NCBI RefSeq assembly: GCF_000010065.1
Contig: NC_006576.1
Coordinates: 690,001-722,000, forward strand
DNA: 32,000 bases
Reading direction: 5' to 3'
Source of the DNA: Synechococcus elongatus PCC 6301
Lineage (GTDB): Bacteria; Cyanobacteriota; Cyanobacteriia; Synechococcales; Synechococcaceae
Part shown: positions 25,448 through 32,000 of the stretch, in pieces
Numbering within the stretch: the first letter of the stretch is position 1
Layout: each line of letters begins with the position of its first letter
Notes under the pieces: model-generated
Database searches by the model: none
The model's input: only the letters and a program-made list of their open reading frames with translations
What the model was told of the DNA's origin: nothing
Translations under genes and position numbers: made by a program

Positions 25448-26020
25448 GTGTCATTGGTGACAGCTCTGAACGGCTTAGATCTGTTCTTGGTCGGCTTGAT
25501 GGGATCAGGGAAAACTACGATCGGGAAGCTGCTGGCGGAGTCCTTGGGCTACACCTACGTCGACACCGACAGTTTGATTGAGAACGTCACTGGGCGATCG
25601 ATTCCAGAGATTTTTGCCAGCGATGGCGAAGCTGGCTTCCGGCAAATCGAAACGCAGGTCTTAGAAGAAGTTGCGAGCTATCGCCGCCTAGTAGTGGCAA
25701 CGGGTGGCGGCATTGTGATTCGGCCTGAGAACTGGAGCTATTTGCAACAGGGCTTGGTGATTTGGCTAGATGTACCCATCCCCGAATTGCTACGCCGTCT
25801 AGAAGGTGATCAGAATCGACCGCTTCTACAAACTGAGGCTCCGGCTACCACGCTACAAGCTTTGTGGGAGCAGCGCCGCGATCGCTATGCCCAAGCCGAT
25901 CTCCGTATTGCGATCGAGGCTTCGGAAGATCCTGAAGTAACTATGCAGCGAATTTTAGAAGTTATTCCGAGTGTTCTTAAAAACTCTGCTGATAGCTCTC
26001 CTGCAGAGATAGAGACTTAA
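25448..26020 (+). CDS. aroK: Shikimate kinase
   Basis: It has the P-loop LVGLMGSGKTTIGK, DTD, ATGGG and RPLL motifs. The start is set at the in-frame GTG at 25448 (GGAG about 11 nt upstream). The ORF-track start at 25346 would overlap the preceding gene. Confidence 0.85.
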   Translation: MSLVTALNGLDLFLVGLMGSGKTTIGKLLAESLGYTYVDTDSLIENVTGRSIPEIFASDGEAGFRQIETQVLEEVASYRRLVVATGGGIVIRPENWSYLQQGLVIWLDVPIPELLRRLEGDQNRPLLQTEAPATTLQALWEQRRDRYAQADLRIAIEASEDPEVTMQRILEVIPSVLKNSADSSPAEIET

Positions 26021-26511
26021 GCAATCCGATGAGAAATTCGAGGTTCTTGCCTGGAGCAGGATGAGGCCAGTTTGTCCGCAGATAATGGCAACCCTTGTCT
26101 TCGAAGGATGTGCATCACCCCCCATAACCTGCAGACCTTTAGCAACCTCTAATCTAGCTAGGACAGCCAGTGAAGATGGCCAGCCTCCAAGACAGGATCT
26201 TAAGCCCATCGTTTCCCATCTTGCGGTTTCAACTCAATGGTTGTCATGTGCTAGCGGCGATCGCCCAATACACCGCAAGCGACTCATATTGCACATAGCA
26301 AACGGATTAGGAAAGGCACAGGATCCAAAAGAACACTCTCATCCCTAACCTCTCGCTAATTGTGGGAGAGGAGAAACAATAGGACTTTTGGGCGTTGTGG
26401 GAAAGTCTTATGCGACCTGTTACTAGCTATGGATTCATGACCAGTGTTCGTACAGTAGCCTCGTATGGCAGCAACGATTTGAGCCCCAGTGCGGTGGGAC
26501 TTCTTGAAAGG

Positions 26512-26543
26512 GAAAGGGTCTGAGATTACTCCCAGACCCTTTC
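26512..26543 (-). terminator. Stem-loop terminator downstream of psbA
   Basis: An 11-bp perfect stem pairs gaaagggtctg (26512-26522) with cagaccctttc (26533-26543). It lies 38 nt after the psbA stop and the trailing tract is only partly U-rich. Confidence 0.55.
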
Positions 26544-26581
26544 ACCTACTCAATTTCTAGCTGTTCCGCATCAGCCGGCAA

Positions 26582-27664
26582 TTAGCCGTTGATTGCAGGT
26601 GCAGTCAGAGCAACCGGGGTCGCTTCGCCTGCTGCCAAGTCGAGCGGGAAGTTGTGAGCATTACGCTCGTGCATCACTTCCATGCCCAAGTTGGCACGGT
26701 TCAACACATCTGCCCAGGTGTTGATCACACGGCCTTGGCTATCCAAAACCGACTGGTTGAAGTTGAAACCATTCAGGTTGAACGCCATGGTGCTGATGCC
26801 CAAGGACGTGAACCAGATGCCCACGACCGGCCATGCAGCCAGGAAGAAGTGCAGCGAACGGCTGTTATTGAACGATGCGTATTGGAAGATCAAGCGACCA
26901 AAGTAACCGTGGGCTGCCACGATGTTGTAGGTCTCTTCCTCTTGACCAAATTTGTAGCCGTAGTTTTGGCTCTCGGTCTCGGTCGTCTCACGCACCAGCG
27001 AGCTGGTCACCAACGAACCGTGCATTGCCGAGAACAGCGAACCACCGAACACACCAGCCACACCCAGCATGTGGAAGGGGTGCATCAAAATGTTGTGCTC
27101 TGCTTGGAACACGAACATGAAGTTGAAGGTGCCGCTGATACCCAAGGGCATGCCGTCCGAGAACGAACCTTGGCCGATCGGGTAGATCAGGAACACTGCA
27201 GTCGCTGCTGCAACCGGTGCGCTGTATGCAACACAGATCCAGGGGCGCATACCGAGGCGGTACGACAGTTCCCACTCACGGCCCATGTAGCAGAAAACGC
27301 CGATCAGGAAGTGGAACACTACCAATTGGTAGGGACCACCGTTGTACAGCCACTCGTCGAGGCTAGCGGCTTCCCAAATCGGGTAGAAGTGCAAACCAAT
27401 GGCGTTGCTGGAAGGAACAACAGCACCAGAGATGATGTTGTTGCCATACATCAAGGAGCCAGCAACGGGCTCGCGGATGCCGTCGATGTCGACGGGAGGC
27501 GCTGCGATGAACGCAACGATGAAGCAGATGGTGGCGGTCAGCAGGGTGAGGATCATCAACACGCCGAACCAACCCACATAGAGGCGGTTGTCGGTGCTGG
27601 TTACCCACTCGCAGAACTGCTGCCACAGGCTGGCGCTCTCGCGCCGCTGCAATGCAGTCGTCAT
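26582..27664 (-). CDS. psbA: Photosystem II reaction-centre protein D1 (D1:2-type isoform; position consistent with psbAIII of S. elongatus by recollection)
   Basis: 360 aa of near-canonical D1 from [21 protein letters not shown] to the C-terminal extension after ...[24 protein letters not shown]. All hallmark segments are present. Confidence 0.97.
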
Positions 27665-27722
27665 GATGTTTTGAGTCCAGTGAATTTTTATGTATGTCTA
27701 AGGCGTAATGCCTTATGAGCTA

Positions 27723-27750
27723 ATAATAACAAAACTTTGCGAATTGTGAA
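27723..27750 (-). promoter_or_regulatory. Predicted sigma70-type promoter of psbA
   Basis: The minus strand reads TTCACA (27750-27745), a 16-nt spacer, then TATTAT (27728-27723). This implies a leader of about 50 nt that begins with the hairpin TAAGGC-attac-GCCTTA (27715-27699). Confidence 0.45.
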
Positions 27751-28756
27751 GCACTTCTCAGATCAAACTTGGCGATCGCCCCAACAATCAGCTGTGATCA
27801 CCTACAGTCCGGCCTATACCCTCGTTCCCACCTACGAGTGCTTCAATCGCTGCACCTACTGCAACTTCCGGCGCGATCCCGGAATGGACGAATGGTTGAG
27901 CCTATCGACTGCTCAGCAGCGACTGCTGACAGTGCGCGATCGCGGAGTTTGTGAAGTTTTGATCCTGAGTGGTGAAGTCCATCCTCAGAGCCCGCGGCGG
28001 GCTGCTTGGCGACAGCGGCTAATTGAGCTGGCGGAGTTGGCTCTAGACATGGGATTTTTGCCCCACACCAATGCTGGTCCCCTGAACCGAGCAGAGATGA
28101 TCGCCTTACAAAATGTCAATGTGTCCTTGGGCTTGATGCTAGAGCAACTGACACCGCAGCTTCAGCGCACGGTGCATCGCGCGGCACCCAGTAAAGATCC
28201 ACAGCTACGGCTGCAACAGCTTGAACAGGCCGGAGAGCTAGGTATTCCCTTCACCACCGGACTGCTGTTGGGGATCGGTGAAACAAGCCGCGATCGCCTT
28301 GAGACACTTGAAGCGATCGCGGCTTGTCACGATCGCTGGGGACATATCCAGGAGGTGATCTTGCAGCCGCATAGTCCGGGCCGTCAGCAAGCGATTCAAC
28401 ACCCTCCGCTAGCCCCGGATGAGCTGATTGATTGCGTGGCGATCGCTCGGCAAGTTCTACCCACATCGATTGCGATTCAAGTGCCACCGAATCTTTTGAC
28501 CCAGCCGCAGCAACTAGCGGACTGTTTGGGAGCGGGTGCCCGTGATTTAGGTGGGATTGTGCCCTACGACGAAGTGAATCCTGATTACCAGCATCATGAT
28601 TTGGATGAGCTTCGAGAAGCACTAGCGCAGCAAGGGTGGCAACTCCAACCGCGTTTGCCGGTCTATCCTCACCTAGTTGATCGCTTACCACAGCGACTGC
28701 AGACCCATGTGGCGGCGTGGCTGAATCGGTTCAACTCGCAGTCCAGGTCAAGCTAG
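27737..28756 (+). CDS. cofG: 7,8-didemethyl-8-hydroxy-5-deazariboflavin (FO) synthase subunit CofG (radical SAM)
   Basis: It has ITYSPAYTLVPTYECFNRCTYCNF (CxxxCxxC) and a TIM-barrel radical-SAM body. The start is ambiguous (TTG 27737, GTG 27746 or GTG 27794). The two upstream options overlap the predicted psbA promoter. Confidence 0.85.
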   Translation: MRIVKHFSDQTWRSPQQSAVITYSPAYTLVPTYECFNRCTYCNFRRDPGMDEWLSLSTAQQRLLTVRDRGVCEVLILSGEVHPQSPRRAAWRQRLIELAELALDMGFLPHTNAGPLNRAEMIALQNVNVSLGLMLEQLTPQLQRTVHRAAPSKDPQLRLQQLEQAGELGIPFTTGLLLGIGETSRDRLETLEAIAACHDRWGHIQEVILQPHSPGRQQAIQHPPLAPDELIDCVAIARQVLPTSIAIQVPPNLLTQPQQLADCLGAGARDLGGIVPYDEVNPDYQHHDLDELREALAQQGWQLQPRLPVYPHLVDRLPQRLQTHVAAWLNRFNSQSRSS

Positions 28757-28773
28757 CTACCTACGATCGCAAC

Positions 28774-28810
28774 AAAAAGCCTCGACCACTGGTGCCGAGG
28801 CTCTGTATTT
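28774..28810. terminator. Bidirectional terminator between cofG (+) and the DUF1830-like gene (-)
   Basis: The stem pairs agcctcg (28778-28784) with cgaggct (28796-28802). It is flanked by AAAAA on the left (TTTTT on the minus strand) and CTGTATTTG on the right. Confidence 0.6.
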
Positions 28811-28829
28811 GAGAGGTTGAGCATACAGA

Positions 28830-29129
28830 TTAAGCAGCCCCCCTAGAATTCATCACCTCGGGCTCATTCAGTTCCTTGCCAACAATGAGATCAGCGCAGG
28901 CAATGCGATCAGCCAAAATGGCACTCGCCATCATACCCGAGTGAATTTCGAGCATGGCTTCTTGGTAGGACTCAAAAATCAGTCGTTGTCCTGGAAAAAC
29001 GACGCGCTCAAAATACCAACCCGTAATATTCGTAATCCGAGCAACCTGAATTTTGCTGGTGGCATTGACGTAGCAGCACAGAACAACATTGTCGCTATTG
29101 ACCGTGATCGAATCTAGGATTTGAGACAT
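28830..29129 (-). CDS. Small cyanobacterial protein, DUF1830-like
   Basis: 99 aa. The pattern CCYVNATSKIQVARITNITGWYFERVVFPGQRLIFES..AMLEIH matches my recollection of DUF1830. Confidence 0.65.
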   Translation of the reverse strand: MSQILDSITVNSDNVVLCCYVNATSKIQVARITNITGWYFERVVFPGQRLIFESYQEAMLEIHSGMMASAILADRIACADLIVGKELNEPEVMNSRGAA

Positions 29130-29457
29130 AGCAAGAGCTCGGAGGAGTTGAACCGTAATTTTGGGATCACGCTAACACCCGCTCTAGGGGCAAGCTGTGT
29201 ATCCAGTTACGAAACCTAAGGCCCTTAACAATCTCTTCAAAATCTCGATTGCGATCGCGGGATCGATCCCAGGATTCCTAATGCAACGGGCACTTGAGGA
29301 TTGGAAAAGCGCAGGGAGCTTTGTCACCGCAACTCACTGGCGTCCTCCTTACTGCGATTGCTGCAGCGATAGCAATCAGAAACTCATCTTCCAGGGACAG
29401 CAGCCTTTACCCAGTTTCAGACTCCCCAACGGTTGACTGCGGACAACATCCAGACAG

Positions 29458-29481
29458 AAAAAAGGCCCGCGATCGCAGGCC
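29458..29481 (-). terminator. Rho-independent terminator of the glutamate synthase gene, built on a HIP1 palindrome
   Basis: The minus strand reads GGCCTGC-GATC-GCGGGCC followed by TTTTTT (complement of 29458-29463). Confidence 0.7.
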
Positions 29482-29506
29482 ATGGATGAGCTAACAGCGC
29501 AAAGTA

Positions 29507-32000
29507 CTAGACAGCAGTTAGTTGTTTATCAGCCACTTCAGGGTTGACCTCCGGCGTGTCTGCTTCCGAAGGCGGCACCACTTGCCAGAACTGAGGCAAG
29601 TACTGCTCCCACTGCTCCAGGATATGGCAGGCCTTCGGGCTACCTGTCTTCTCGGCGTGGGCCGTGATCAGCTGTTTAAGTTGCTGCTCACCAGCAGAAG
29701 TTGAGACACGTTGCAGCTTGACGATCTCAGGATTGACCTTAGCGGGGAACTGCCCATCTTCATCGAGGAAGTAGGCCAGACCACCGGTCATACCAGCACC
29801 CACGTTACGCCCGCAGGGGCCTAGGACCACAATCGTACCGCCCGTCATGTATTCGCAACAGTGATCGCCGGTACCTTCTACAACCGCTTGCGCCTTGGAG
29901 TTACGAACCCCGAATCGCTCACCAGCCCGACCATTGGCAAACAGACTACCGCCCGTTGCGCCATAGAGACAGGTGTTGCCGACAATACTGCTCTGGGAGG
30001 GATCAAAGCGGACGCCTGCTTCTGGTCGAACGATGATTTCACCACCGTTCATGCCTTTGCCGACGTAGTCATTGGCTTCGCCCACGAGGTTGAGGCTTAC
30101 GCCGCTGATATTGAAAGCGCCAAAGCTCTGGCCAGCACTGCCGTTGAAGTTCAGGCTGATCTGTCCTTCAAAGCCGTAGTTGCCGTAGCGCTGCGCGATC
30201 GCACCCGCGAGACGAGCCCCAACAGAACGATCCGTGTTGACGATCGCTTGCTCGATCGCAACAGAATCTTGATTGGCGATCGCGGCGGTGAGGGCTGGGT
30301 TGGCAAGCAACTGGTCGTCCAGCACTGGGCCATTGTCATGAACTTCGTCATGAACCAGCCAGCTGCGATCGGAGCGCGTATCGGGCAGCTTGATCAGGCA
30401 GTCGAGATTCAGAGCCGCCGTCTTGGTCAGCTTCAGATCAGGACGTGGCGCTAGTAGATCGGTGCGACCAGTGAGTTCCGTCAGGCTGCGATAGCCCAAC
30501 TTCGCCAAGATGCTGCGCACTTCTTCGGCAATCAGGATGAAGAAGTTGACGACATGCTCTGGAATGCCAGTGAAGCGCTTGCGCAGTTGCTCTTGCTGCG
30601 TTGCGACACCGACAGGGCAGTTATTGGTGTGGCAGACCCGTGCCATGATGCAGCCTTCCGCAATCATTGCGATCGAGCCAAAACCAAACTCTTCTGCACC
30701 CATCAGCGCCGCCATGACGACGTCCCAACCAGTCTTGAGGCCGCCATCGACCCGCAGCAACACCCGCTGCCGCAGCTGATTTTCCATCAGGACGCGATGC
30801 ACTTCGGTCAGGCCCAGCTCCCAAGGCCCGCCAGCATGCTTGATCGAGCTCAGCGGTGAGGCACCGGTACCGCCGTCATGGCCCGAAACTTGGATGATGT
30901 CAGCATTCGCTTTAGCTACCCCAGCGGCCACGGTTCCGATCCCGATTTCCGCCACCAGCTTGACCGAGACTTGTGCCTTGGGATTGATCTGATGCAGGTC
31001 AAAGATCAGCTGAGCCAAATCTTCGATCGAGTAAATGTCGTGGTGAGGCGGTGGTGAAATTAGCAAGACACCCGCCTTCGAGTTGCGCAGGAAAGCAATG
31101 TAGGGGCTGACTTTCTTGCCCGGAAGTTGTCCCCCTTCACCCGGCTTCGCCCCCTGCGAGACCTTGATCTCGAGCTGATCAGCACTCATCAAGTACTCGG
31201 GCGTGACGCCAAAGCGACCCGAAGCAATTTGCTTGATGGCCGAGCTAGCAGTGTCGCCATTGCGCAGACCATGCAGGTGCGGCAGGGTTGGGGAGTTCCC
31301 TTCTGCGTCAACATCGCCCAGAACTTTGTAGCGAACGGGGTCTTCGCCACCTTCACCGGAGTTGGACTTACCGCCCAGCCGGTTCATGGCGATCGCGAGG
31401 GTTTCGTGGGCTTCCCGCGATAGTGCCCCCAGCGACATCCCACCAGTGCAGAAACGCTGCACGATCGCTTCTACCGATTCCACCTCATCCAGTGAGATGG
31501 CCGGGCGATCGCTGACGAATTGCAGCAAGTCCCGCAACGCTGTGACCGGCCGCTCTTCCAGGTACTTGCGATAGACCTCAAAGTGGTCGTAGTTTTTGCC
31601 TGCTACCACGGCCTTGTGCAGGGCTTTCGACATCTCGGGGCTGTTCATGTGGTACTCACCACCGGGGCGGTACTGCACGAAGCCAAAGTTCTCGAGTTTC
31701 TTCTGGTTCAACTCGGGGAAGGCACGGGTATGGAAGCTCATCACCTCGTGGGCGATGTCAGCCAAGGTCAGACCACCCAACCGCGAAGTCGTGCCGCGGA
31801 ACGCGAGGTCGACTACTTCCATGCTCAGACCAATTGCTTCAAAGATCTGCGCACCGTGATAGCTGGGTAGCAGCGAAATCCCCATCTTGGACAGGATTTT
31901 CAGCAGCCCTGCTTCGACAGCCTTACGGAAGTTTTGCTGAGCCCCTGCCAAGCTGACTTGAGCAATCTTGCCGCGCTCCATCAAGCTTTGAGTCTTAGGC
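29507..32000 (-). CDS. glsF: Ferredoxin-dependent glutamate synthase, C-terminal two-thirds; the 5' end lies outside the window
   Basis: The frame stays open to the window edge. It contains the FMN/3Fe-4S domain ([23 protein letters not shown]) and the C-terminal GXGXG beta-helix domain (repeated G..G.G motifs). Confidence 0.95.
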   Translation of the reverse strand, partial: PKTQSLMERGKIAQVSLAGAQQNFRKAVEAGLLKILSKMGISLLPSYHGAQIFEAIGLSMEVVDLAFRGTTSRLGGLTLADIAHEVMSFHTRAFPELNQKKLENFGFVQYRPGGEYHMNSPEMSKALHKAVVAGKNYDHFEVYRKYLEERPVTALRDLLQFVSDRPAISLDEVESVEAIVQRFCTGGMSLGALSREAHETLAIAMNRLGGKSNSGEGGEDPVRYKVLGDVDAEGNSPTLPHLHGLRNGDTASSAIKQIASGRFGVTPEYLMSADQLEIKVSQGAKPGEGGQLPGKKVSPYIAFLRNSKAGVLLISPPPHHDIYSIEDLAQLIFDLHQINPKAQVSVKLVAEIGIGTVAAGVAKANADIIQVSGHDGGTGASPLSSIKHAGGPWELGLTEVHRVLMENQLRQRVLLRVDGGLKTGWDVVMAALMGAEEFGFGSIAMIAEGCIMARVCHTNNCPVGVATQQEQLRKRFTGIPEHVVNFFILIAEEVRSILAKLGYRSLTELTGRTDLLAPRPDLKLTKTAALNLDCLIKLPDTRSDRSWLVHDEVHDNGPVLDDQLLANPALTAAIANQDSVAIEQAIVNTDRSVGARLAGAIAQRYGNYGFEGQISLNFNGSAGQSFGAFNISGVSLNLVGEANDYVGKGMNGGEIIVRPEAGVRFDPSQSSIVGNTCLYGATGGSLFANGRAGERFGVRNSKAQAVVEGTGDHCCEYMTGGTIVVLGPCGRNVGAGMTGGLAYFLDEDGQFPAKVNPEIVKLQRVSTSAGEQQLKQLITAHAEKTGSPKACHILEQWEQYLPQFWQVVPPSEADTPEVNPEVADKQLTAV

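Noticed and set aside
26654-27718. A 354-aa ORF on the plus strand lies antisense to psbA.
   Set aside because: It spans almost exactly the D1 gene. Its product is H/R/Q/V-rich and low-complexity with no motifs. Long antisense frames are expected opposite strongly codon-biased genes, and D1 on the minus strand is unambiguous.
29197-29494. Plus-strand ORFs of 79 and 66 aa lie between the DUF1830-like gene and glsF.
   Set aside because: They have non-ATG starts, no Shine-Dalgarno and odd composition. They run through the glsF terminator, so the region is better explained as promoter/leader DNA plus a terminator.

Overview
The window is a chromosomal segment from a cyanobacterium rich in HIP1 (GCGATCGC) palindromes. 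Gene content and order match my unverified recollection of Synechococcus elongatus PCC 7942/6301, roughly the stretch nblS ... aas ... dnaX ... acnB ... minDE ... psbAIII ... glsF. Most of it is ordinary housekeeping DNA: a sensor kinase, mtnP, gluQ, psaK, an acyl-activating enzyme, three tRNAs, aroQ, miaE, a GNAT, dnaX, an A-type Fe-S carrier, acnB, minD/minE, aroK, a D1 gene, cofG and a 5'-truncated Fd-GOGAT. I saw no rRNA, CRISPR array, transposase, integrase or phage genes. The one region that stands out is about 12.8-16.3 kb. It is a HIP1-free stretch whose core (about 14.1-15.6 kb) has low GC. It carries five consecutive minus-strand genes that all encode signal-peptide proteins with no enzyme motifs. 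Three of these look like paralogous fimbrial/SCPU-type (Csu-like) pilin subunits, yet no usher or full-length PapD-type chaperone lies in the window. I propose it as a candidate undescribed surface-fibre or adhesin module. Secondary observations are an orphan RTX-repeat protein, a catalytically degenerate flavoprotein-disulfide-reductase homologue beside minDE, and minD-minE coupled to a ferredoxin-like gene and a tRNA. I also note a psbA promoter that overlaps the cofG start, a few atypical residues at near-invariant positions (D1 residue 39, the NblS DHp helix), terminators built around HIP1, and some unexplained intergenic structures. All calls come from reading the supplied sequence and ORF translations by eye. 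No searches or computations were run.
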